This document shows, in pieces, positions 35,001 through 49,300 of a stretch of DNA of 64,000 nucleotides (positions are counted from its first letter, which is position 1; every line of letters starts with the position of its first letter). A program made the position numbers and the translations under genes. The notes below the pieces were generated by a model. It was given only the letters and a program-made list of their open reading frames with translations. It had not been told where the DNA came from and ran no database searches. The stretch is from Podarcis filfolensis (taxonomy: Eukaryota). The stretch is taken from the NCBI GenBank assembly GCA_964270895.1, contig OZ185440.1; one strand, written 5' to 3'.

Positions 35001-38000
35001 AAGGCTCAGACTGTAAGACTACTCCAAGAAGATAAATCTCTTCTTGAACAAGGCTGAATTTTGCACCAACACATCAGCTATGTTGCAGCGATGTTTGGTA
35101 AAATGAAAAATGATACCTTCCCTCCCAAAAGGATCATTAGCATTTGCATTATAGAATGTGTGAGGAAGAATAGTTTGAAGGCACATGATAACTGCTAAAA
35201 TTAAAAGGGTCTTTTCCTAAACAAGTACATGGGTGGGACACCACCTGAAAACCATCTATACAAAGCTCTGAACTTCTTGGATAAAGAGCAGAGTATAATA
35301 AAAGGAAGAAAGTAAATAAATAAAAGCCTATTAACAGTCCTGCTTTTAAAACAGCACGGTTTTAGTTCAGCAGGTACAGAGATAATATTCAATAAATGGT
35401 GATATGTCAGGGATACTTTAGCTGTGGTTCCTGCATTGCAGGGGGTTGGACTAGACAACCCTTGGGGTCCCTTCCGACTCTATGATTCTACAAAGATATC
35501 TGAAGGGCTTTGAAACCAGAAGGAAATATAGAAATCCCAAAAGTATCATCTCAAGGGGGGATAGCACTGTGCACAAATCAAAACTAAGACTTGTGATTCA
35601 CATGCCATCACAATTGTACAAAGTCTCTAGCCGAAATTCACCGATTTGTGTACAAACAACAGAGAGAGGTTTCCGTATTTCACAGTACTGGAACCCAAGG
35701 TCATCCAGTTAAGTTGAATATTGGAGTGTTGAATACTGGGACAGACAAAATGAACACAGTGCATAGTAGAATTTGCTGTCACATGACGTGGTGCTCCCCC
35801 CCCCCACTTGGATAGCTTTAAAAGGCAATTAGACAAATAAGACTTTCAGTGGCTAGAAGTTGTGATGGATGTCTTCTACCTCCAGTATCGGTATCAGAGA
35901 CAAACCATGAGAAGTGCGCTTTCCATGAGTATCTGGTTGGTTATAGTGAGAAGATGATGCTGGAGAACATGGGCCTATGGTCTTATCCAAAAGGGCTCTT
36001 GCTATGAGTTTCATAGCAAATATAACCTGACTTTCAAAGTATTTTAGTCATTCCCACTGTAATAAATAAAGTGGATTGGGAGAGAGGCAGGCAGATGGGT
36101 GGAAAGGAAAGTGAAAGTATTCTTACCAGAATAATGAAGGTAACAGGCCCAATGAAACTCCAGATAAAATAGTTGTCAACTTTGAGCCAGCAGCTGTTAC
36201 AGAAAAAAAGAGAAAAAGTGGTGTGAGAATAGCACATACACTCTATGTTACCAATGGAAAGTAGACATCTCTTAGGACTTATTCACATGGACTGGCTATG
36301 ATGTGACTTTTAGCAGTGACCTCATGTGGACATCCATATGAAACCTATTCTTGAAAATGGATGCCATACACACCTGGCTGACTTGCTTCCTTGTATGTAT
36401 GTTATTCCTGAGCATGATTTGGAGTGCCAAGTGGGAGGAGATTAACATCGTTCAATGGCATGGTCAGCAAGGGAAACTGCATTAGCACACCATAAGTGTT
36501 CTACGTTGAGAAAATCAGCCATGCAACTCTCTCTTTCAGTTAAATGCATGGTGATGTAATTCTGAACACTAGCATATGCTTGAGAATGTGTCTGTTTATT
36601 GAGCTTTAAGGCTGTTCAACAAGACTTTCTTATGAGATCACCTGCTTTCATCTTTATGTTCATTAATTGTTGCCTATCAGTCCATTTTCTTCACACTACT
36701 GCAAACCACCTGCACGTGACCCCCCCCCACCCATTGATGGTGGTGCTATAGTACCTTTTACACTTTTCAAATCTGGAACCTATCAAACCTCAGAATGAAA
36801 CTCAAAGCCACGTCCATTTTCCTTTCTCAGTGCTTCTCATTCAAGCTTATTTATTTTCCCCTCCCCCCCACTTCTTTTCAATGAAATGTAACCAAAAAAA
36901 AAATAGTGATGTTGCCACTGGTACAGCTCACCTTAGAATGGGGTCAACCAACAAGTTGAAAAGCATCAAGCATTAAGAAGATGCCCTGTATGGTACAGCT
37001 AATCAACCCAAAGGGGTACCTGGAAGTACAGGGCAACCACAAAAAGCCTGGTATTTGATTAAGCAACTCTGCTTCCTTTTGGGTTAGTATTTGATATAGG
37101 CCGTGAACCCAGGCAAAAGTATAGATGTGGGCCCCCCTCTCCCCACACAGCTTTTCTTCGTGCATTTAAAACATGCTTTCAGCTGTCCATCACTTGACTA
37201 TCCCCAAGGAACGCCAACTCAGAAAATGATTAAATGTCATATTTTTTCTTCTTCTGCAGAGCAGCATAATGCAAACAAAATGCCTCAGCCCCGCTGCTGC
37301 AAATTTAATAGTTAAAACAAAAAAACCCAAACAGGATTAAACTAAATTAGGCATCAGTTTATCGGGACTCACTTCACTTACTGATTCACTTTTCATATAG
37401 CACAGTTCCCTACGGAATCGCTTTCGTTTGTCTTTCATCAACAGCAGAATCAAGCAGCTTGCTTGTATTCCAACAGTATCTGCCCATACTGTAACTAATT
37501 TCATCAAAGGACATAGTAAGCTCTATTGGAAGGCACATTTATGGCTCTAGCAACATAACCCTCAGAAATATTATTATTTTGGGGGGTCTACCTTCTGTCA
37601 CTTTGTATAAATATCCCTACTTTTTATAAATAGAAAACAGTGGGCTAATTTTAATCCGATTCTTTCCCGATAAATATTATCAAAGTGAACCACTGGGCCG
37701 GAAACACTGCACTATCATTCTCCAGAAAGAGAACTGGCTAGAAAGCATGCTGAACAAAGAAATCTAATGAAGTGTTAGCTTAAAACTAGGGCAGGGGGGT
37801 TAAAGCAAACCAGATACTTTTAAGTAAAGTAGAATTTTATTTTGTTTTATTTTACTTAATATTCATTGGAGGCCCTAAAAGTTATTTACTTTTTCTCCCA
37901 ATTTGTTTCGGGTCAGTCTTTTGTGTTAAAAAGAAAGGTGGTAATTTAGAATCTTGCCTCTCCAGGGTACAAATTCTCTGAACCTAGAAAATTACAAAAG

Positions 38001-40348
38001 ACCTGATTGGAATTTGCACACAGCCTTGCCATTCTCGTACCAATAAAGCTTTCTGGTGCTATTTTAGTCTGTCGGGGGCTCTGACAGCTAACACGCTTAA
38101 AAAAAATCAAAAAATTGCCTGAAACACTCAGGTCACTAGCAATTACTTACGCATTTTGCGCTCCATAGCTGGAGTAGTCGATAGCTGCCGAGACACCAAC
38201 AACAGTGGCAGGAAAGAGGTAGCCAGCAACATAGTAGTACTTCTTCCTAGAATATTCACTTTCAAATACTTCTACTAACATGAGATAGAGCTGCACCCCT
38301 TCTAGGCACATCCAGGCAAAGGCTGCCAGGAAGAAAAAGTGTAAGAGGCCTGCAAATATTGGGCATGCAATCTGCAAAGAAAAAGAAACAATCAAATGCA
38401 AGGTGCAACACTTTTCAACCTTCCCACTTCATCTGATGTATTCAGAAAACGAAATAATGTGGATGTTAACAGCTTGGTTTGTAATGGCAGCATACTGTAT
38501 ATGCAGTAATTGAACCCCCCCCCCAATACACACACACACACACTGCCCCCCAAACATAAAACTTCATATTCATAACTACTGAAAACTGTATTGTGTTCCC
38601 AGTAGCTGCAGCTTCTACTCTCTTGCACTCTGTGAGTTAAGATATGGAAAGTATGTGCCTATTAGCATTCTTTGACGCAATGGAATATCAAGTGTGGCAA
38701 GCAGTCCATTAATTTTTGGTAGCGCAATGTTAACACTCTGCTGTAAGGCTTATATTGCAGATGATTTGGTACAGGAAGATAAAGAGCCCCAGCTACTAGA
38801 TGTATTATTTATACCTTCTGTTGAAAATTCTTATGCCTCTGTCAGAATATTCCATTTCCCTTTAAATATCAAATATCGTTGCTTTTTCTATTTTTAGGAA
38901 GATCTGCTATCATATCACTAGCCACACTCTGTAGATGAGTGCAGAACAAAATCCTACCGACTGACTCAATTCTAAGGGCAGCTTATTTTAGAAAAACCAT
39001 GGGTTCAGCCTCATGCCTTGAGATTTAGGAAAAGGCTAATCTGAAATGAGAAATGAAGACACACAAAGGAAAAGAATTCCATAGCTTTCTATCTCTTAAG
39101 GATAGGAATGTATTATTTCTGTGTAACATTCTCCTGTATCTGGGGGCGCTAGGTACACCTACTGGACAAGAGGCAGGTTTATCTAAGAACCCACTGCAGC
39201 CAATGGGGAGTTAAGCATTTAACTGTTTCCTTAGTTCCATTTGTCCCAATGGAGCTGCAGAATCTGTTTCACTGGATTACAATAAATGATCTTGAACAAT
39301 GATCATAAATAACAGAAACTACCATACATCAATCTGAATTGTCATCGCTTGTACACTTATGATCTCCCTCCCTCCCTAATACACACACAATATTGAAGGA
39401 AAATCTTGTTGGTCAATAGGTGGCTTAAATGCTAAACAATACCTGACAAGAAACTCTCTGACAGGCTTATTAAGCTTCTACTGGTTCCCAACTTAACGAC
39501 ATTGAACAGGCATGTTTTCTTGCTTTCTCTACATCAGAGGTTGCCAATGCAACACCTGTGGGTGCCAGCGGACCCTCCTGCACCTTCTATGGCATCAATA
39601 TTTTTTGTTGTTTAATCTAAACTGGTGTAAGTCTTTGTGGCGTAGTAAATTCTAAGCCATATATAGTGGTAAACTCAATCTTCTATGCAAAATGAGGGCT
39701 TCTGCATCACATTTTTAAAAATCTTAACGCTCCAGAGCTGAATGAGATAGTTCCATCTTTGCATCTAAATAAGAAGTTTCAGGCATTAGCTGTTCAAGCT
39801 TTTCTCTGCCTGCCATTATTTCCTGAGTAACCTGCCCGTCCATGGGGAAAGTGGCTAAAGGTTGCATCAAAAAAGCAGACAACTGAGAAACTTCTTTTGG
39901 CCATCAAATACTTTACTGCTACCATTACTTTCAGTGAGGTATCTTCAGATGTGTGTTAAATATAGAGGGCTTACCTTGTACTCTGTCTTATCGATGCCTA
40001 TTAGGAAAATAAATTCTGCAATGAGGAGGTTGATGCAAAGGTTCTTGTGAATTGTGTTTCGGTCACTTTGAAGGCCGCGGAAGAAACAGAAAGTGAAGAT
40101 GCAAATTGCCAGGCAGACAAGGGAAATGACAATCCCTACCCAGGTGATGACAGTGAGGAGTAAGCCATGCATTCCATTGTACTGGAAATGATGAAGAGTA
40201 AAGAAAATTAGTGTGGTCACTGATCAATACAAAACTAAAATACCATGTTTGTTGCTGACACTTAGAAATTCCAACTTTGTTCAAAGGACAGCACAACAGC
40301 CATTGGGAGTTACAGAGATAAACACTGGAGATGAACTAATTTTGAAAA

Positions 40349-40388
<40 letters not shown>

Positions 40389-43300
40389 AATAATAATTAT
40401 AATTTCCAATAACATGCCACATTTGAAGTCTAAGGGATGTTTCGGAAGGAGGGCAGGGGAGGGAAAACATAATTTCTATATTGAATGCACAAATAAAGCA
40501 TTGTTCAGGTCATTAAAGGAAATTTAAGGAAACTAGAGATCTTCAGTAAAAGCCATATGTTCCATAAATGGAATGGATGAATAACTCTCACTGTGTGATT
40601 CAGTTAGAGTAGGAGATGCTGTCAGGCTCCTTGGCCAATGATGCAACTCATGGCCAGGTAAGAGAAAATTAACATGCATCCTTTAGTATCATTTCCATGG
40701 CTCTGTAGCTCAGTAGCATAAAGAAGAACTTGTATTTTATAGTTCTTGGTAGTTTTTGATTTTCCCTCAGAACTGATGCCATCCAGATACCTATTACCTG
40801 GGTCTAGAGAATGCAGAGAAGAATACACCCTTCCCTTTTAAGTATGCTTTTGAAAGGTATAAATATCCATCCCTTTGTCAACAGTTAACCAGTCCCAATG
40901 TGAATTTGCAGGGTTTTCAAGTAATCAGTCTTAACTGCAATCCTATCAGAAATCTACAAAATGCTTTGAGAAAGCAAGAGTCTGGTGATCTAGGGTCGGA
41001 GAACTTAAAACTGCCAGAAAGCAGAAAATATTGGTATATAATGATAGGGGATGACTGTATATTTGAGCTCCTTTAATGAAATGGCATTCAACAGTAAATA
41101 TAAGGAGCTGAACAGACACATTCTTTTTCTTCATTTTACATCTGAACCTATGGAACACAAAGGTCATATTTGGAATACTGTGAAATGAGATGTCCAGAAG
41201 GATCCTGAAATTATACTAACATCCGACTGTATAGATAGTTCAAACATAGAAAAGTTAAAGTGGGTTTTCTAAATGTCATTTGGTTGCCGATTAAAGGCAT
41301 TGTTCCTTACCGCAATTCCCCTATGTGCCATGAGGATTGCAAAATTGGTTAGGTGGCTACATGCACACGTGGTATGCGTTTTATTTGTGTCAATCAGCTT
41401 GCATCCTTGAGTTGACCAGTAGCCCATCATAGTCCGTTCAGAGTAGTTCCAGAAGGAACAATTTGCATTGAAATAATTCTTGGTCTGCAAAACAGCAGGA
41501 TGAAAGAAAATTAGAACTGTAAACCCAGAAATGACAAGTATAGCGCAATGGGCATAGAATACAATTTGGATTACATTCTCCACATTTTTGAGGTTTGCTG
41601 TTTTGGAGCACAATTGAATAAGGGGCATAGGTTCATACACCATTAAACAGCGATTAAGGTGACCTAGGATAGACTGTGGTGGATTGTACCCAGCATTAGC
41701 AAACCCGACAAGAACATGTTGAACAAGCCTACCACCTAGTTATAAAGTGGGTCTAATAGTTTAAAATATGCCAAAGTGCAATCCACATTACTATAGATCT
41801 AATTTTAATCAATCAGTTTCCTACTTGCTGTTCAATGTTCATACTGTGCACTTGTGGCCATTTCTGCCGATCCTCCAGCAGTAGATACATGAAGTTTCTC
41901 TAAAGGGCTTCTTGAATAATTGAGGATTTACTAACGAATTCACTTTCCTTTTCTCAATTTCCATCAAGTCTAAAGGATCACTAGACATAATAATTCAGAT
42001 TAAACTGAACCGAAAAACTGGTCTGGGGAAAAACACCTAGATAGGGGATTTTTCCTTTCTTTTTTTAAGAGTCTTCTCTTTTGGTAAATGGAAAAATCTC
42101 AGCTGGGAAAATAAAATCGTAGCATTGGAAGGGATCCTGAGGATCATCTAATCCAAACCCCTGCAATACAGGAATCTCAACTAGATCATACATGACAGAT
42201 GGACATCTAACCTCTGCTAAAAATAACAACTCCAAAGAGTCTGTTCCACTGTTGAGCAGTTCTTGTTGTCAAAAAGTTCTTCCTGATGTTTAGTCGGAAT
42301 ACTAACACCTGACTAGTTCAAGCACAGAGAAGTTAAACCTAGTGTCAAGCGGAATGCAGAAAACAGCACCAGATTCCCTCGTTGACTAAAACCTATCTGA
42401 ACGATTAGTGAATGGGCTCCAGCAGACAGAATGGAATTAAAGCAAAATGCTCAAAGTTCCATTAAAATTTTGCTGCATTAAGGAAGCAAAATCATAAGAG
42501 CTGGTGTTTTTCTGTCCTGCTGCTAAGGTAAGAGTTAATTTTCACTTAGGAACAAATTAGAGCCATTTACATTTTCATGTTGATTACCGAATTAGCTTTC
42601 ATTAAGAATACACTTAAGTTCTAATAATCACTGAACCAGGCTCATTTAATTTTATGTTCGTAGACTTAAACAAACCTGTGCCTCTGACCTAGTCCGACAT
42701 TTAAAATTCAAATTGAAAGATCCACCCCCGTCCCTTCTTTGCTCTTTGCTCTTGCTGATTTTATGACCTTCCCATTAATTCATTACCATAACTCACATCA
42801 ATGTGTGCCAGGGTGAAAAGAACAGGGTCTGTCAAGTACACGCGACTGGACTCCTTGTTGATGGAGGCCGCAATGACGTCAGAGTTCACAGCGATGGTAC
42901 TGTTCCTGCCAGCAAACTCTCCTCCCAGTTTGATGGTTGCATTTTCTGTACTGAGGAACTGGCCCAAGCTTTTGTAAATTATGAAAACCAGCTTTGCTAA
43001 CCCTGTGAAAAAAAAAGCTATTATAGTCACTTTAAATAACATGGCATGTTTTTCATAGCCTAGAAAGATTGATTTGAGTAAAAAAGAAAGAAAGAAAGAA
43101 AAATGGCAGCCTAATGTTATTTACAAATGAGAGCTATCGACTGGCTATTTTTAATGTTGCTGAGGGTGTATTATTATAACACAGCAAACCCTTCCGAAAT
43201 TAAGTTGCTACAGCTGAAAAATAAATGGTTTGCAAAAGACATACCGCTTCTGCTGTTCTGCTTCACAGTGTTCGAAGAGAGCTGGATAGAATTGCCTCCC

Positions 43301-46300
43301 GCGTTGCCCTGGGGGAATTTCAAGTCCTGCACCTGTCCTTCTGTACTCAGCACTGCAACTTCCAAGACTAGGTAGACAAAAAGCAAGAAGAAGGTTTTTG
43401 TTTTCTGTGGTCAGATTTGGCTGATGTTTTCCTTTTTTCCTTTCGGGATGCTTATTTTCTTGCTTGTACATGACAGATGCATACCGGTAGCATTGGAGTC
43501 GTTTTCCTTTAAATTTTAATCAAACCCGAGTGCAGATGCACAAAAGTAACAGCACGCCAGTTCAAAGAACATGACAGCCAACCTGGTTTTAATGTGAGCC
43601 TAAGAGAGATCACTTCAAAAGTCCCAAGAGTTCTTAGTTGGAAGAAATGCTTAACTTTTGGAGACCAAAACAGCCATGATGCATGAATTTTTAGTGATTG
43701 TGTCCTACTTGCTATTGCTATGCCTAATCTCTCAGCAACAGGAAGCCAGAGGAGTAGATCATTAAAACTGTCAGAATGGGACTGGGGGCATCCAGGCTTA
43801 AATCTCTGTAGGGTGACCATGGCTCAGTCATTGTATTTTAGCCTAACCTACTTAAATTAAAGGGGTGCTGGAGGTAATAACAATGGGCACGACTCTAGGG
43901 AAAGGTAGGATATGGTCAGTGTTTTTTTTCAGGGGTTACTCAAGAGTATGAAGTAACGGCACTCTTTTGTTCTTGTTAAAAACTGTAGCAGGGTGAGTAC
44001 CAGCAGCTATTTTTCTAGAAAAAAAATGGGTATATATTTATAAATGTAAATAGATAAACTAAATATGAAAGAAATATGATTACTAGATAGCAACTAGTTG
44101 GGCCGGGTCAGGGTGTGACGGAATGGTGGAACCCACCGCTGCATCCACAACTCTCACACCGACCAGGGGAGATGGCTGGAGGAGGGGGAAAGCAGGTTGC
44201 TGCAGCAGCCTGGAGGTAATGCAGTGATCCAGCCAAGCTCAGGACCAATGCCAGCAAGTGAAGAGGTCCAGCTCAGCACCTCCTCTTTCCTGGAACATGG
44301 CTTCCACTGGTGGTACTTCTGCCCATTGTGGGGGAGACTCTACATGCTGACCTCACTCTGCAGGCTGATAGTGGCTGTCAGTGCGATGGCTGCGTGGCGG
44401 GGCACCTCCAGCCAATCCATCTCCCCAGCCCACCAGGCCTGGTACAAAGGGGATTTGCTTTGCAGCAAAAGGCCCACTTAACCTAGATGAATTTACTTTG
44501 GAGTAGACATCCTTAGCATTCCACAGCTGATCATCTGCAAACTCTGCTTCCACCTTTAGCAACAAAAACATGCACCACCTCATTCACAAATCCATGTACC
44601 TGACATTCTCCCATTCATAAATTAGTTCTTCCATTTTAAGGTCTAGCCTCGAAATGTCTGTGACATATGTGTGCTCTACCTCCTAATATGTAGACTGGTA
44701 TAAGCCTCAAGGGCGCAAGGAGAATGGCATTTTACATCTATACACAACAACCTTCTTAACCACAACAAGATATACCTGTATGTCCCTAATACATAATAGT
44801 TTCATTTCCCTGCCAGCATTTAAATGATAAATTATGCTCAAAGTGTCGGTAGCTATTTTGCAATCTGCGAAGCATGGCTATTTTGTATTGTGGGAGACGT
44901 GGCTCACTGAACACACTTTCACCTGAAGGCAGTTGTGTTTAATGCAAACATTTAGTCTATGTGCTATGTGCCCAAAGTTGGCAATGCGCTCTCCCTGAAA
45001 GTAATCTACATTCATTAGGAACCGATTATGTATAAAGGAGAAAGAGTTTCTACCACGAGGACTGAAAAATATGTATGTATTTTCTATCATTTATGTAGCA
45101 CATTTTCAAAGTGTTCAAAGCGCTACATACACATTTTATCCAGAAATATTTACAATATTCCTTCAGAAGTAGCCCAACATTATTAGCTCCATAATTCGGA
45201 TGAGAATAAGATAATGGTTATTTGCCTAAGTCCTTTGACTTAATTTTGTTAGCCAAAAATAATCGAACTAGGAATTTTCGGGGTTACAATCTTAGTCGCT
45301 ATCTGTTCTATAACTAGAACATATAATATAATATAATGGTTTTCCATTTTTAAAATGCAGGGGTTTCTGTATTATTTTCACGTAATATATTTCTAATTGG
45401 GCAAATTATACTGTTCCATCTAATGTGGAATATATGGACATCCCAAACCACTAGGTTTGGTGGACTCTTCCCACGGTGTGATGCCAAGCGTTTCAAGACG
45501 TATTCACTTACCGATGTGATCTGTAGGCATTGCGACCCTTGTTGGTTCTAAGAGGTTGTCAGCCAAGACAAAGGCCCCTTCTTCCAGGGTATCAAGTAAC
45601 ATGGTTGCAGCATGTGCTCGTTCAGAGGAATTCATATCTCTCCAGGAGTCTAGCGCTTGGGTCCTAAGCAGGTTGTCCACCGTGTCAACAATAGCCTGCA
45701 TTCAGTAGAAAAATATTAGGCCTTACTGCCTTAAGGCAACAGGAGAGAGTCCCTAACATGATCTGATGATAATTACAATATTTAACTGTCAACATGATTT
45801 GCGGTGATTTAAAGACCAAAAGGCTACCGCTTTCCCCGTATAACAAAGCGCATTGATATAAGAAGCCTTGGAGCAGCAGCGAAAAAGAATATTATTAGCA
45901 TACTGAAGCATATAAAAAGGGAACGCTCATGGCTTTAATTTTAAAGTTCCTCCAGCCAGGCTAGAGCTATACTGGGCTCCGATGTGCACGTTAAGCAGAG
46001 GATTTCCCCATTTATTCAGAACTGAAGAATGATCAGTAGCGGCCTGATCTCACATACTTACACTCACATTAAGATGCTCACAAAATAATATGCAATTAAG
46101 GAGGGTTTTTTAAAGGATCTTTAGTGAAAACACGATATTCGTCAATTGAAGGGAGACTCTTACGTTAATGTGTAATGTGGGTGATTGCTGAATCACCATG
46201 TCCCATTTACCTAGTTACAATGTGTCATTAGGCGCATATATCTATATCTGCATATGATTTGGCTGATTTCGAAAACAAATGGAAATGCAAACAGGGCGCG

Positions 46301-49300
46301 TCACACAAATAAAAAAATGTCGCGCCCAGAACACTGCTCTACGCCTGAATGGATAGAAAAAAGTTGGGTCAGGACTATCTATTGTCAGGAGCAAAATTAA
46401 TTAGCCTAATCCATCTTAATATCCTCTTTCTGTCTGAATTGTGAGTCTCTACAATGGCAGGTGGGAGATACTTTGGAGTGGAATGAAAGGATTTTCTTCC
46501 CCTCTTCTCTAATGGGAAATAGAAGAGTCAAACTGCTCACACTGATACTGCTTCAGCCATTAAATAGAGTGGAACAGAAATTGGTCTGCAGAGGCCATAT
46601 TCATTAGTCACCAAGAAATACGGATCGGAGCCTCTGATCTGAGTTACAAATGAATCCTCTGTCGCGAAGTGAGGACTTGCTTCATTTGCATAGCATCAGC
46701 CGGCTTTCGATTTGTAATTTTAAGAGGTTTTTATTAGTCTTAGCCAAACTGGGAAGCTCATTTGAGACCTACTAAAAATGATCTCAGCGAGAAATTAAGG
46801 CTGTGCTGCAGTTCATGTTGTGTGTATATACGCGTCCTGATGGCTGCATGCATCCATTAGCCCAATTCACTCCTTATATTTTTAATGTTGTCTGACTGGC
46901 TGCTTTTCTTCAGTCACATTAAAATAGTCAGCTCTTTAATGACACTATTTCTTGTCAAAGGTGGCTGGGGAGGGAGGTGGAGAGTTAGAATAAATTCCCA
47001 GGCCATAATGCCACAGTCCAAAGGTAGCAAGGTCTTTTTGGTAGTGGTGTCCCATACACAGAACATTCTAATCAGAGAGGCTTGCCTGGTGCCCCCCTGC
47101 ATTGTGTCAAGTGTAGACATTTATATTCTTCCAGGACATGCACATCTTTTAATATGCTCAATGCCTTGCCTCCTCTCCCACACAATCCGGGAGATGTCAA
47201 CCCTGACGTGTTTTAAATGCCCATCAAAAGCTTAGATATTTGCTTGGGCTGTTAATCTGCCCCCCATGCACTCCTCAGTATTTTGTTTTAGTATTCCGAT
47301 TATGGATTTTTAGTGACAACATGTATTTTCATCGTATTTGTATTCTAGCCTTACAGTTTTATGGATTGGTTTAAAAAAACAAACAAAAAAAAACTTCGTA
47401 AATTGCTTAGAGAGGGGTTTTTTTTTTTTTTACATTAAGCTGCCTATAAATTGCTAACATAAATGTTTTCCCCTTGCCAGTTTAAAACTGATTTTGTGCT
47501 GCTGTGTTTGTGCTGGCTTTGGGATGGTTTTACGTGCTAAGCTGTATTTGTATAATTGGATTTTGTGTGTGTGTTTAAACTATGAGTTGTATTAAATTAA
47601 GTTTTACTCAGAGTAGGCACGTGGAAAGTAATGAACATGGCTAAGTTAATTGCAACAGGAGTACTCTGAGTACAACATAGTTGAATACCAACCACTAGAG
47701 AACTGAATTCATGGATGGTATATAAATGTAGCAACAATAATCACAAGGGTGGAGGGGGTCGTGTAGCAGATGTACACGTGCCCAGCCATTAGCATAGACT
47801 TCTGATGTGGGGTAGCCTACAAATGTAGGCTTCTCTGGGTACTGGAAGCCTATGTGTCCGGACATCTATGTGCAAAGGCTTCCCCCACCTCAGACATCCA
47901 CACTTATACATGGATGGCAGGAGTGGTGCCTGAAGGAGCCCCTTTCTACTCATATTGCCCCTTTACAAGAGTAAAATTTGAAGGAGGCTTGAGACCCCAT
48001 TGATTTCAGTGAAGAATATTTATGCCTGTGCTCAACCTCCTCATTCAAATAAATCATTGGGAATTAACGCCTCACTTAAGACCAGCTCGTAACCCTAGAT
48101 TCTTGCCATCACAGTGACAAAACATTTTCAGTAGCAAGCACACGCACGGTTATTACATTTTACCCAATGACATTTATCTTCAAAGGTGAACTGCAAATGC
48201 AACTGTAAAAAAGAAATCAACCCAATTCAGCAGACTTTGCTTTGCGTCCCCACTCACTGGCTTTAAAAGAGAACAGTTATCATGGTATAATTTAAGATAC
48301 ATGTGGTTTTCCCCCGCCCCCTACTCTCCTTTTCTTGCAAAACCGCTTGATGCAACTGAACACACTTCAGTCTCCCCAAAGTTTTATCAGCAGCTGAATG
48401 TAAAACAGAGGGCAAAATGTCATCTGGGCTGAGAGCAGATGTAACATGTTCCATGGTTAAGCAATCAACAGCCAGCCAAGGGATTGTGCGGGACCTTTTT
48501 CCGGCCTTTGGTAAGATGCATACCCCATAGTTAAATATTATGTCTGCAGCTAGGACTAACTGGGATCCCTGTTAACCCCGGATGTGAAACCATGGTTTAA
48601 TTCTGCATTAAGTTCTGGTAAGCTCCAACCATAATTGGCATTTCTGCAGATGTAATAGCTTTCATCACGGCTAGTTCCTTCGCGGAGTGGGACGATTTGT
48701 AACTCCAGAGAAAGGGGTTAAGGAAAAGGAGTGAACAATAAACTGGTCCGCTCTCAGTTGCACAGTTGTTCTTAAGCAGTTGGACAACGTTATATCTCTT
48801 AGAAGCTTTATTATTATTGATTTTATTCTGTGCTGCGCTGCTTCAGTGTTTTTTTTTAAATTGCTATTTTTAATACCAATTGGTAACATTGCAAAAGAAA
48901 AAACTACGAAGACATATGGAATGCATGTTTCAAAACAAATCAGCAGCAGGCTTTCGTTTTTCATCCAACATCCCATCACAGTTGAAAAACTGACATTAAC
49001 CAGAACAAAATACACATAATAAGACCCGCAAGACATTCCAAGTTCCTTAGTATCTTTATGCCTCTCCTGGTATATGGGAAACAGGATATGCTTCCAGGAG
49101 AATATGAGGAAAGTTTGCACTGTATCTGTAACTCAAATGATCAAAGCTGGCCTTTGTTAACTCCACACACACACGCACACACGCACGCTTCCCTGATGTC
49201 ACACACACAAAATAGAACTCGCTTAATTCAAGAGTGCACAAAAATAAAATAAAATGTAGGGTAGTTTAACATGTGTATGTGTCGGGGGTTTTGTTTTTTC

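Noticed and set aside
38694-38897. YIADDL, resembling the reverse-transcriptase YxDD motif
   Set aside because: The spacing is wrong, no flanking RT motifs are present and the ORF is short; probably chance.
48671-49120. 149-aa minus-strand ORF
   Set aside because: It starts at a non-ATG codon, has low-complexity AT-rich composition, shows no latrophilin similarity and has no fitting splice sites.
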